The notes under the pieces: model-generated
The model's input: the letters and a program-made list of their open reading frames with translations, nothing else
The model's database searches: none
Told to the model about the DNA's origin: nothing
DNA from: Candidatus Babelota bacterium
GTDB lineage: Bacteria; Babelota; Babeliae; Babelales; Vermiphilaceae
Reading direction: 5' to 3'
Length of the DNA: 32,000 bases
Assembly: GCA_039809905.1 (NCBI GenBank)
Contig: JBDHVY010000001.1
Location: forward strand, 900,001 to 932,000
Position numbers and translations under genes: made by a program
Part shown: positions 14,830 to 23,304 of the stretch, piece by piece
How positions within the stretch are numbered: position 1 is the first letter of the stretch
How the letters are laid out: the number at the start of each line of letters is the position of its first letter

Positions 14830-15561
14830 CTAATGTCCGCCTTCTTGTGTTCCTATCGAAAGATAGGTGAGTGTCAGCATTGCAAAAACAAATGCTTGCA
14901 GAAGTCCTTCAAAAAGAGTGAAAAATGTAACAATCAAAAAATTAGCACCAGTCAAAAGACCAACTGATTCAAGAATAATTGATCCACTGATGGTGCTGAA
15001 ATAAAGTTTTGTGATAATTGCACCACCAAATATGTTTCCGAATAAACGAAATGATATTGAAACAATCGATGATAGCTTTCCTATAACATTAAGGGGGAGC
15101 ATGACAAAAAATGGTTGAAAGAAGTCTTTTGCATAAGGAATAAAGCCTCGTGATTGTATAGCAATTGCTTGTACATATACAAAAGAAATAATGCCTAAGG
15201 CTAAAGCTGTATTAATATCTTTTGTTGGCTCATCTAGCCATGGAATTAAGGGCGCTGTGTTACAAAGGCCGATAAAAATAAAAAGAGATGCTGCAAAAAC
15301 ACAGTGATTGTAAGCAAACATGCCGAGTGATTGTTTTGTAAGATCAATAAAAAATGAAACAAACTCAATCAACATAAAGCGACCAAGCTTGGTATGATGC
15401 ATGATATATTTAACGCACGTAAGAAATAGTGCCAAAATAATCATGATAACCCATGTGTTCACTACTATTTCACTATTAACCATGAACAAGAGATTATCTT
15501 CATAACCAAAAAATGAACCTAAATACCATTGTGGCGTTTCAATTAATTCAGCACCGTTCAT
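14830..15561 (-). CDS. atpB: F-type ATP synthase Fo subunit a
   Basis: Contains the hallmark SISFRLFGNIFGG (the essential Arg of the RLxxN motif) and about 5-6 TM helices. The ORF extends to ATG 15588. ATG 15561 is preferred because AAAAGGG lies 8 nt upstream of it. Confidence 0.85.
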   Translation of the reverse strand: MNGAELIETPQWYLGSFFGYEDNLLFMVNSEIVVNTWVIMIILALFLTCVKYIMHHTKLGRFMLIEFVSFFIDLTKQSLGMFAYNHCVFAASLFIFIGLCNTAPLIPWLDEPTKDINTALALGIISFVYVQAIAIQSRGFIPYAKDFFQPFFVMLPLNVIGKLSSIVSISFRLFGNIFGGAIITKLYFSTISGSIILESVGLLTGANFLIVTFFTLFEGLLQAFVFAMLTLTYLSIGTQEGGH

Positions 15562-15639
15562 GTGGCGCGCCCTTTTGTTATAGCCCATGCTCTACTGCTC
15601 ATTCTGAGCTTTCTATGGGAGACTTTATGAAACAATTTT

Positions 15640-15903
15640 TTATATGGGTTTTATCATTTTTAGCATAATAAGTAATGTTATTAAAAATGATATTACTACC
15701 AGTATAAGATTGATTGAAGATGAGTGCAATATATATACCATGCTTAATGCAATAAGAGTAAGTCGTGCAAAAGAAAGCATAATTGATTTGGCCAGATGTT
15801 GAGCGAATGATGAACTATGTAAAGATAAGACTCTTCTTTGTTGGGTAACAAAGAAGAGTCCATATAATATTGCGAGTAATATACCAAGAAGAATAGAGAA
15901 CAT
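15640..15903 (-). CDS. small 3-TM membrane protein in the AtpI/AtpZ position upstream of atpB
   Basis: 87 aa and strongly hydrophobic. It is located where atpI-like genes sit in atp operons and starts 12 nt after the folC-like stop. The call is by position and size only, with no diagnostic motif. Confidence 0.5.
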   Translation of the reverse strand: MFSILLGILLAILYGLFFVTQQRRVLSLHSSSFAQHLAKSIMLSFARLTLIALSMVYILHSSSINLILVVISFLITLLIMLKMIKPI

Positions 15904-15915
15904 CTGAGCTTTCTT

Positions 15916-17346
15916 TTAGTGAGAAAGTTTCTTAAGACCTTTATGCTTCCAGTATTCAGAAATAATTGATGTTGAGCCAGTGATAACAATAACACCATGG
16001 CGTTCATCAACAGTTTTTTGGGCAGCTTCAAGCGCTTCTGCAAAGTTTGCAGTTGCTTTAGCTTTTATTTTCAGGCTTTTGATATCATTTGTTACTTTTT
16101 CAATATCCCAAGCTTTATGTCCTTTGTGTCCAGGTACTGGTTCTACTGGGCATACAATAACTTGACCAGATGTTTTTTTGAAGAAATAACGGAGTAATTT
16201 AATGAGTTCATGGATATCTAATTCTTCATTGTTGCAACCAAGAATAATAGTAAGTCCTTTTAATGGACGTTTATAATGAAGAAGGCGTGTTCCAAGAAGC
16301 AAGTTTTTGAATGCATCAAGATTTGCTGCTGGATCAAGTAAAATTGTTGGTTTTTCTTTGTCCAATAACTGGAAGTGTCCTGGCAATGTGTTAAGAGTTT
16401 CTTTCCAGAATTGTTCAATAGTACGTTTTGGATTCAGTTCAGTTTGGCGTTTGATTTCAAGTGTTGGTCTACCGCGTTGACCTTTTTTCTTAGTTAAAAG
16501 ACTATTGGCAACAAGTACAGAATCTTTTTGAGCAAATGAATTGATATAAATAGAAGTAATACGTTCAGCTAATGCGGCACATCTTCCATGAAGTTGTTCA
16601 AATGGATATGCAAGTGGAGCAAGTTTACGAATTGGCATAGCCCATTCAGCATTTTTTTCTACAACAATGTCTTGCATTGTTTGGAGGTTAAGTTTGCTTT
16701 GGTCAGCAGAAACAACAATAGCACCAGGTTTAACAATGCTTAAAATTTCTTGAATCAATGCTTTATCGGTGCTTTTTGCATTTGGAGAAGCTTGAGGATC
16801 AATAATTCTGGTGATCGCAACAATTTTTGATGAACAAATATTTGTTGCGTCAGATGGTCCATTTTCATTTACTTCTAGGATAGCAACATCTACATTGCTT
16901 TGTTTGAAGTAAACAAGCGCCATCATAGTTAATATTTCGAAAGAATTAAGTGTAAGATTAAGATCTTCAGCTATATTGATAACTTCGTTACCAACATCAG
17001 TCAAAACTTTGTTTGAGATAGTTTCATTATTAAGAGAAAAGCGCTCATTGTATGTTAAAATATGTGGCGCATAAAATGTTCCAACAGTAAGTCCTTCTTC
17101 ACGTAATAGACGAGTAGTGAAATGACTTGTTAAGCTTTTGCCATTTGTACCAGCGATTACAATAGTAGGAACTTTTTGTGAAAGTGAACCGAGAGCTTTA
17201 TCGAGTTGTTTGAGAGAAGAAAGCGTTGTGTCAGCGCGATTTGCTGTCCAACTGCTTTCTAAATAGTCTATAATTTCGTTATAACTGCGTTGCTTACCGG
17301 TTCCTTTTGCAGCAGCGGTAGGCTTTTGATTTGTTACATTTTTCAT
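15916..17346 (-). CDS. folC: Mur-ligase family protein, folylpolyglutamate/dihydrofolate synthase (FolC)-like, with divergent motifs
   Basis: The block YNEIIDYLES...TIVIAGTNGKSLTSHFTTRLLREEGLTVGTFYAPHILTYNERF fits the FolC N-domain (GTNGKGS P-loop, SPHL...ER). It is followed by FEILTMMALVYF and AILEVNENGPSDATN (canonical E-GlGGrlDATN). SD GGAGA lies 5 nt upstream. Confidence 0.75.
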   Translation of the reverse strand: MKNVTNQKPTAAAKGTGKQRSYNEIIDYLESSWTANRADTTLSSLKQLDKALGSLSQKVPTIVIAGTNGKSLTSHFTTRLLREEGLTVGTFYAPHILTYNERFSLNNETISNKVLTDVGNEVINIAEDLNLTLNSFEILTMMALVYFKQSNVDVAILEVNENGPSDATNICSSKIVAITRIIDPQASPNAKSTDKALIQEILSIVKPGAIVVSADQSKLNLQTMQDIVVEKNAEWAMPIRKLAPLAYPFEQLHGRCAALAERITSIYINSFAQKDSVLVANSLLTKKKGQRGRPTLEIKRQTELNPKRTIEQFWKETLNTLPGHFQLLDKEKPTILLDPAANLDAFKNLLLGTRLLHYKRPLKGLTIILGCNNEELDIHELIKLLRYFFKKTSGQVIVCPVEPVPGHKGHKAWDIEKVTNDIKSLKIKAKATANFAEALEAAQKTVDERHGVIVITGSTSIISEYWKHKGLKKLSH

Positions 17347-17568
17347 CGATTTCTCCAGGTCTCTAATGATTTTTATGATTTCTTTGATATTCTTTAATTT
17401 GTAAGAGATTATATACCATTATTGGTTATTTTTACCAAATTTAGTAAAAATTAGTCAGTTAGGCAAAAATCTTACCTGTTTACTTAGGATATAGCATCCT
17501 GCAAAAATGTCAAACAAGAAATTATAATTGAGTCATTGTCTCATTATTTACAAAAGAAAAAGGCATAT

Positions 17569-18189
17569 ATGAAACTCTTGTCATGGAATGATTCTGAATC
17601 ACTTGAGTTCCTGGTTGATACATTAAAAAAAGGCAATATTGTTCTTGCCGCTGGTGATACTGTATTAGGCCTTCTGGCCGATATATCAGAAGGAGGATGT
17701 GCGCAGCTTGATGCAATTAAAAAGCGATCAAAACAGCCTTATTTATTATTGGTTGAAAATACGCAAAAAGCCCTTAATCTAATTGAAAAAGATGCCCTCG
17801 AAATATTTCAAGCTGAAAAAATAATGAATATTTGTTGGCCGGGTCCAGCTACCTTAATTTTAAAAGCGAAGGCAGAAGTTCCTGAGGGGGTAAAGTCTCC
17901 TGACGGTACTATTGCCATCCGAGTGCCAGATCATGCTGGATTGCTTCAACTGCTGCATCATTTTGATGCCTTATATTCAACAAGCGCGAACCTTAAGGGT
18001 GAACCTGTTCCTGCTCATCTGGAAAAAATAGATAAAAGCATTCTGGAAGCTGTTTCTGCTATTGTTTTGAATGATAATGAATCCTCATCAACGCTTGCTT
18101 CCACCATTATTGACTGCACGGGAGATAAGCTCAAGATTGTTCGGCAAGGAGCTTTTCCGGTTGCAAAATTGGTGAGCTTGTTGGAATAA
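17569..18189 (+). CDS. tsaC: L-threonylcarbamoyladenylate synthase (TsaC/YrdC family)
   Basis: YrdC-fold motifs: GNIVLAAGDTVLGLLAD, KKRSKQPYLLLV, WPGPATLIL, IAIRVPDH, LYSTSANLKGEP and STIIDCTGDKLKIVRQGA. The ORF track starts at TTG 17536. ATG 17569 is preferred because of SD AAAAGG with a 5-nt spacer and a TATAAT box at 17523-17528. Confidence 0.85.
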   Translation: MKLLSWNDSESLEFLVDTLKKGNIVLAAGDTVLGLLADISEGGCAQLDAIKKRSKQPYLLLVENTQKALNLIEKDALEIFQAEKIMNICWPGPATLILKAKAEVPEGVKSPDGTIAIRVPDHAGLLQLLHHFDALYSTSANLKGEPVPAHLEKIDKSILEAVSAIVLNDNESSSTLASTIIDCTGDKLKIVRQGAFPVAKLVSLLE

Positions 18190-20065
18190 AATCTTGTTTG
18201 ATTAGCTTAAAATTGTTGATGAGGAATTTATGTTCTTTTTTAAACGATGCAAGAGCTCTTCCATCAGGCAAGTTGGGATGAAATAGAGTTCTTTTTTTAT
18301 TTTTTCTATAACAACAATACGTGTTAAATAATAGTGCTTGAGATAGCGTTAGTGATGTTTTGATGTCATTGAGACAAGCAGTAGCTTCTTTTGTGTGTGG
18401 GTATGCCAGAAATAATCTTACTTCAAATTTGTTTTGGCATGGATTTACTTGAGTTTGCTTAGTTACTAAGATTGATTCAAAACAAGGATGAAGAGCATAT
18501 TGTTGATTTCGACCTAGATTGAGAATTTTATCGCCTTCCATGTCCCAGAGTTCTGTTTTTTTTCCATGAGTTAAGAGTAATCCATCATAAGTGAAATGCA
18601 TATGTTGAACTATGTATTCAGTATCGATTTTTATTTTAGTAAGACGATCAGGAAAACCAGATATGTTCCAAAATGCTAAAGTTGATAAGGCAAAATGAGA
18701 AGAGAGTGAACCGTGCAAAGATACTATATGATTGCCTGTTGTATCTGCAATGATATTATGAATGCAGGGACCAATTTGACTGGTGTCTAATAGTGTTTTC
18801 TTGTTGTTTTCGTCCATAATGCATAGAGTTGTTGCATTTTTGTTGTAACAATAGATTCCTTTTTGAGAAATAAAAATATCTTTAAGGCCAGAATAAGTAT
18901 CTTCTGAAGATATACATTTTTTTTCAATAAGCTTATCATCTTGAATAGTGAAAAATAATTTTTTTTCTCTTTCCATAAGTATTGTCAGGAGATTCGAATT
19001 TTTATTAATGTTGGCAAGTTTTGCATGATATAGATTATCAAATTTTTTGTGATCTTTTATATTATTGGGTTTTTCCAGGTCGTATAAAATCAAGCGGTCG
19101 TCTTTTGTTGTACAGATTATATGGTTGCCATGAGAAGAAAAAAGATATGAACTTACATTATTCCAATCGTTTTTTAAAGAGGTTTTCTGAATTTTTTTTT
19201 CGTCTTTTATATAATGAAAAAGACTGTATTTACTATCGTTTTCAACAACTTTTGATTGTATAATATAGTTTTCATTGGGGTGAATTGTTGCAGTGTACCA
19301 TGAATAATTTTGATGATTATCGACCAATTCAATTGAGTTGTTTTCGCTCATGAAATACAAAAGAATATCAGTCTTTGCTGTCTTTCCGTATTTGTAGGTA
19401 TAGAGAATAATATAGCTATCTTGCGGACTAAAAAAAGCATGTGAGTAACCAGGGAAACTTTTAATACAGCGTTGTTCTTTTGTTGTCCATAAATTAATTT
19501 GACATGTTTTTTCGTTCATATTTTCCAAAAAATAATCGCCATTATGGCTATAGGAAAGAATTATAGGCTTTTTTGAAGAATGATATTTTAATTTTTTTAT
19601 ACGTATTTTTTCAAAAAAATATTTGTATATTGTTTTTTTGAGTAACCTCGTATTAATGGATTTAAGGGCAAGAGCATTGATTATGCTTTTTTCTGTCAAA
19701 ATTTCTTCCATGAGTTGTGCATAAAAAATAGGACATTTCAATTGTGCTGCAGCATCCATTAGTTTTGATTGTTCATTTCTGCCTAATGTTATTAAGAAAT
19801 TTTGATGAGACATTATTATATGAGAGCACCAAAAATCAAAAATTTCTTTATCTATTTTAAGGGGGATTGGATCTTTTTTTGTTGCTTTATATTTTTCTTG
19901 CAGCACAGTTAACAAATTTGATTGTTGTGCTATTGCATTATCAACACATATCAAATGCTTATCTTCAGTAATGACCCAAAGATAAGGTGTTTTTTGTAAG
20001 ATATTCATTGCCTTAAGGTGAGATAATATATTGATTAATAGAGCAAAAAGTAGTAAATAATTCAT
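18131..20065 (-). CDS. secreted protein: N-terminal Skp1/BTB (POZ)-like domain fused to paralog-family repeat body
   Basis: The signal peptide is MNYLLLFALLINILSHLKA. Residues ~25-125 (DNA 19691..19993), WVITEDKHLICVDNAIAQQSNLLTVLQEKYKATKKDPIPLKIDKEIFDFWCSHI...LMDAAAQLKCPIFYAQL, follow the Skp1 pattern ([24 protein letters not shown]...DPVPLPNV...[12 protein letters not shown]...LILAANYLDIKGLLD). The remainder is homologous to the ORFs at 21958..23280 and 23305..24768. Confidence 0.8.
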   Translation of the reverse strand: MNYLLLFALLINILSHLKAMNILQKTPYLWVITEDKHLICVDNAIAQQSNLLTVLQEKYKATKKDPIPLKIDKEIFDFWCSHIIMSHQNFLITLGRNEQSKLMDAAAQLKCPIFYAQLMEEILTEKSIINALALKSINTRLLKKTIYKYFFEKIRIKKLKYHSSKKPIILSYSHNGDYFLENMNEKTCQINLWTTKEQRCIKSFPGYSHAFFSPQDSYIILYTYKYGKTAKTDILLYFMSENNSIELVDNHQNYSWYTATIHPNENYIIQSKVVENDSKYSLFHYIKDEKKIQKTSLKNDWNNVSSYLFSSHGNHIICTTKDDRLILYDLEKPNNIKDHKKFDNLYHAKLANINKNSNLLTILMEREKKLFFTIQDDKLIEKKCISSEDTYSGLKDIFISQKGIYCYNKNATTLCIMDENNKKTLLDTSQIGPCIHNIIADTTGNHIVSLHGSLSSHFALSTLAFWNISGFPDRLTKIKIDTEYIVQHMHFTYDGLLLTHGKKTELWDMEGDKILNLGRNQQYALHPCFESILVTKQTQVNPCQNKFEVRLFLAYPHTKEATACLNDIKTSLTLSQALLFNTYCCYRKNKKRTLFHPNLPDGRALASFKKEHKFLINNFKLIKQDFIPTSSPILQPEKLLAEQS

Positions 20066-20104
20066 GTTTTTTTATACGAGTGGTAGAGATTTATTGTTAG
20101 TTTA

Positions 20105-20136
20105 TTGATCTGCAAAATATAGCATATGCAGATCAA
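20105..20136. promoter_or_regulatory. perfect 10-bp inverted repeat in a divergent promoter region (operator or hairpin candidate)
   Basis: TTGATCTGCA (20105-20114), 12 nt, then TGCAGATCAA (20127-20136). It lies between divergent starts at 20065 (-) and 20260 (+). A second palindrome, TTGCTCAGAGCAA (20193-20205), overlaps a possible -35 box. Confidence 0.3.
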
Positions 20137-20259
20137 AAGTATAGCTCTATTCTTTTTGCACAACAAAAATGAACATTTTTTTATAGTTATGATTGCTCAG
20201 AGCAAAAACAACATGATATTGTCTGATTAACTTTATTTTTATACAAAGGAGTTCTGTTA

Positions 20260-21033
20260 ATGAAACGAGTGATATCATTGTTGTTGCTTACCAATATTGC
20301 TTATGGAGACTATCCAGAAATTAGTGCACAAAGATTACCTGATAACAACTCTTCTCTAAAAGAATACCAAAGTGGATCGTATTGTTTTCCACGTTTTGAT
20401 TGTCCGCGTGGTAAACGAGGTAAGCATGGAAAACGAGGCAAGACTGGAGCTACCGGTGCTACTGGTGCGACTGGTCCTATTGCGCCATTTAATTTAAGAG
20501 ATGAATTATTCATTAATGCTTTAATGATGACGAATACGATTGCAGGAACACCGGATACATTTTTTACCGATGTTTATGGAACACCAACAATTCTTTCAGC
20601 ATGGGGATTAACAAGTCCTTTTGATGTAAACAATCCTATCGGTACGCAGTTTGTTATTCCGAGTACACTTGATACAACACAGCCAGTTGTGCTTGTTATT
20701 CATTGTTTCAATGTGAGATTAGAAGCTTTTGGTGAAGTGAGATTCCAAGTTCAGATTGATTACAAAGGAGATGGCCAAGAATTCGGCGCCAATCCTCCAG
20801 CAAACGGATATTCTGAAACATTATTCACGGGAAATATTCCGGTTATTGATCCAGTAAACCCGCCGAATGCCAGGTATTTTATGGTAACAGTTCCTTTAAA
20901 TGGTGCTTTAATGGCAGGAAAAACATGGTCTGAACTTGTGCTTTCTCGTGTTGCCACAACAGATGATAATGATTATCAAGGACCTGTTTTCCTTACTGCT
21001 TTTTCTATTCAATATACAAAAACAATGAGTTGA
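20260..21033 (+). CDS. secreted protein with short basic collagen-like stalk (8 G-X-Y) and beta-rich C-terminal domain
   Basis: The signal peptide is MKRVISLLLLTNIAYG. The collagen-like run [27 protein letters not shown] is encoded at DNA 20410..20481. A strong SD (AAAGGAG) lies 8 nt upstream. Confidence 0.8.
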   Translation: MKRVISLLLLTNIAYGDYPEISAQRLPDNNSSLKEYQSGSYCFPRFDCPRGKRGKHGKRGKTGATGATGATGPIAPFNLRDELFINALMMTNTIAGTPDTFFTDVYGTPTILSAWGLTSPFDVNNPIGTQFVIPSTLDTTQPVVLVIHCFNVRLEAFGEVRFQVQIDYKGDGQEFGANPPANGYSETLFTGNIPVIDPVNPPNARYFMVTVPLNGALMAGKTWSELVLSRVATTDDNDYQGPVFLTAFSIQYTKTMS

Positions 21034-21066
21034 TATTTTATATACAACGTAACCATAGGAATATTA

Positions 21067-21471
21067 ATGAAACGCATATTAATAATACTTGTTCTCTTGC
21101 TTTCCTATAAAAATTGTCTCCTAGGTCTTGAATTTGGAACAACAGGAACGCTTACGGGAGAAATTGCGAGTCTGGGATCGGGAATATATTCAAAATTTCC
21201 TCTTACATTTTATGAAGATAGACAAGATTATGTTAATGGTGGATTAACCTTTACCTACAATAGTCTTTGGTCTACCATTCCACGTGTATGGCTTACGGTG
21301 GAACTTGTTAATGCTCCATCGCCAACAGATACGTATAGTGTTGTAGTGAGTTCTAATTCTTCTTCCAGTACAACAGTTTTAGTGTATAGAATTTCAAATG
21401 GAGGAACAGTTACTGAGGCTTCATCTGGAGAAGTAAAAGTGACTATATTAGCTATTGAAAATATTTATTAA
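21067..21471 (+). CDS. small secreted beta-rich protein, unknown function
   Basis: 134 aa with signal peptide MKRILIILVLLLSYKNCLLG. The composition is Ser/Thr/Val-rich and strand-like. It starts 33 nt after the previous gene and ends 29 nt before the pilin gene, so it is likely co-transcribed. Confidence 0.65.
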   Translation: MKRILIILVLLLSYKNCLLGLEFGTTGTLTGEIASLGSGIYSKFPLTFYEDRQDYVNGGLTFTYNSLWSTIPRVWLTVELVNAPSPTDTYSVVVSSNSSSSTTVLVYRISNGGTVTEASSGEVKVTILAIENIY

Positions 21472-21500
21472 TCAATACATATTTCACGAACTGGTAAGCT

Positions 21501-21923
21501 ATGAAATATAAGGGTTTTAGTTTAATTGAATTAATGGTGGTAGTTGCAATAATGGCGTTCTTAGCCATGATAGCAGTTCCTAATTTTAATCGTTTTTTGG
21601 CTAAAGCAAAACGAGCAGAAGCATATATGAATTTAAATTCTATGTACGCAGCAGAAAAAGCTCATTTTGCAGAGCATGATACATATTCAGATGTGCTTAT
21701 GGGTGAAAATGGAATTGGATGGAAACCAGAAGGCAAAACACATTATTCCTATGGTTTTTCCGGGTCAGAAGGCCGCAATAATTTTATCGGAAAATCGGGA
21801 GCTGGGATACAAGGTTCTCGTGCAGACAAAACAGGATTTATCGCTGTTGCTGCATCCGAAAAAGATATTATTACGATTGATGAAAATAATAATATTATTA
21901 TTGTTCAAGATGGTTTGAAGTAA
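21501..21923 (+). CDS. pilA: type IV (IVa-like) pilin with class III signal peptide
   Basis: The leader is MKYKG|FSLIELMVVVAIMAFLAMIAVPNF: short and basic, with Gly at -1, Phe at +1 and Glu at +5. The following PNFNRFLAKAKRAEAYMNLNSMYAAEKAHFAEHDTYSD parallels Myxococcus PilA (PNFIKFQARSKQSEAKTNLKALYTAQKSFFSEKDRYSD, from memory). Confidence 0.88.
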   Translation: MKYKGFSLIELMVVVAIMAFLAMIAVPNFNRFLAKAKRAEAYMNLNSMYAAEKAHFAEHDTYSDVLMGENGIGWKPEGKTHYSYGFSGSEGRNNFIGKSGAGIQGSRADKTGFIAVAASEKDIITIDENNNIIIVQDGLK

Positions 21924-21955
21924 AAAAGAGAGGAGATTTAAATCTCCTCTCTTTT
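21924..21955. terminator. bidirectional rho-independent terminator
   Basis: An A-run precedes the perfect 26-bp palindrome AGAGAGGAGATTT/AAATCTCCTCTCT (21927-21952), which is followed by TTTT. It lies between stops at 21923 (+) and 21958 (-). Confidence 0.8.
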
Positions 21956-21957
21956 GA

Positions 21958-23280
21958 TTATTTTTCCGATCTAAAAATATGTTCTGATATGGTAGTTTCT
22001 GCTGCAACTTCATGAGAATTGTTTTCATCAGTCCATACTACAAAAGGTGTATGATATATCTTGAGGATTGAATTGCCTATTATTTCACTGCTTTGACTTT
22101 CTCCTAAACAAGATAATTTTTTTTTGTTGTTATTATAAAATTTTGTTTTTGTTCCCTGTATAAGAACTATTTTATTGCTTAATTTTAGAGAGGCGACTGT
22201 CATATTTGGAAATATTTCTGTTCCTACTATGTTTCTATTAAGGTGTGATAAATTGAACAGTATTATTTTTGATTGATCTATTGAATCAGGATTGTTATAA
22301 AGAACTGCCAGATAAGATCCGGTTTCATTTGTAGTAAACGCATCAATCATGCCTTGATAATCAAAGCTGTTTTTCAATGTATAAGATCCAATTAATCTTT
22401 GATTTTTTGAATAAATATCAAAAGAAAGTTTATCTGTTTGGTAAACATACATTTCTTTTTGAGGAATAAATAAAAATTTAGTTGTACCTCTATCCTCGAG
22501 TGGCCATGGCATGCTTTTAGTCTCTACGAGAGCATTATCACCTACTTTCACAAATAAGGCATTTGTAGCATTCTGCAATGATGCGATAGGGCCACTAACA
22601 GTTATGATAGAATAATATTCCGGTAGCAAAAAAGCCATCCGTTTTTTATTTTTATCTATAGGATGCTTTACAAATAATTTATTGGTAGTATAGAGTATGT
22701 TTTCACTATCAGAAGAAAAAAACCATTGCCCTGTTGTGGGTTCAATAGTCTCAAATTGAGTTTTACTGAGTGTATTTAAGGTAACATTATATTGCAAAAG
22801 AATATTGTGTATCGTGTTGTTATCGTCTTTTACAAAAGACTGTATCATATGTCTTTCGTTGTTAGCGATTTGCAAACCACATAATAATATACCTTGCTGA
22901 TCATTACTAATCAAAGGAATTGATTTATCCTCTTTAAGGGAGTATAGCAAAGGAACTCTTTTGATGGAGTCGTTAGCAGTTTTATGAGTAAGAATAATAA
23001 AGTTATCTCGAGGACTAAATTGGCCGTGGTTATAGCCGGTAAAAGTTTGAACAATTTTTCTTTGATCAGTATTCCATACATGAATTTGGGATTCGTTGCT
23101 TTGATGTGAAACGTTTTCTAAAAAATATTTTCTATTATTGCTTGCTTTAATCAGCGCTATTTGTTCACGATTAGACCGAGTCTCTTTGATGATGTGAGTG
23201 CCAATTTTTACAGGGTTTTGTGAAGCAAAGACATCAAAAAATGAACAAAACACAATGATTGGTAGTAAAATGCGGTTCAT
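21958..23280 (-). CDS. secreted repeat protein, paralog family member (440 aa; beta-propeller-like by composition)
   Basis: The signal peptide is MNRILLPIIVFCSFFDVFA. The shared blocks YFLENVSHQSNESQIHVWNTDQRKIVQTFTGYNHGQFSPRDNFIIL and IGSYTLKN...LIQGTKTKFY...LSCLGESQS align with the two paralogs. SD TAGGA lies 7 nt upstream, and the gene starts 24 nt after the upstream paralog. Confidence 0.8.
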   Translation of the reverse strand: MNRILLPIIVFCSFFDVFASQNPVKIGTHIIKETRSNREQIALIKASNNRKYFLENVSHQSNESQIHVWNTDQRKIVQTFTGYNHGQFSPRDNFIILTHKTANDSIKRVPLLYSLKEDKSIPLISNDQQGILLCGLQIANNERHMIQSFVKDDNNTIHNILLQYNVTLNTLSKTQFETIEPTTGQWFFSSDSENILYTTNKLFVKHPIDKNKKRMAFLLPEYYSIITVSGPIASLQNATNALFVKVGDNALVETKSMPWPLEDRGTTKFLFIPQKEMYVYQTDKLSFDIYSKNQRLIGSYTLKNSFDYQGMIDAFTTNETGSYLAVLYNNPDSIDQSKIILFNLSHLNRNIVGTEIFPNMTVASLKLSNKIVLIQGTKTKFYNNNKKKLSCLGESQSSEIIGNSILKIYHTPFVVWTDENNSHEVAAETTISEHIFRSEK

Positions 23281-23304
23281 AATAATTTCCTATAATATTA
23301 AATT

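Noticed and set aside
15744-16043. 99-aa ORF (-) bridging the folC-like 3' end and the small membrane-protein gene.
   Set aside because: It is out of frame with both better-supported genes and overlaps both. It has no SD.
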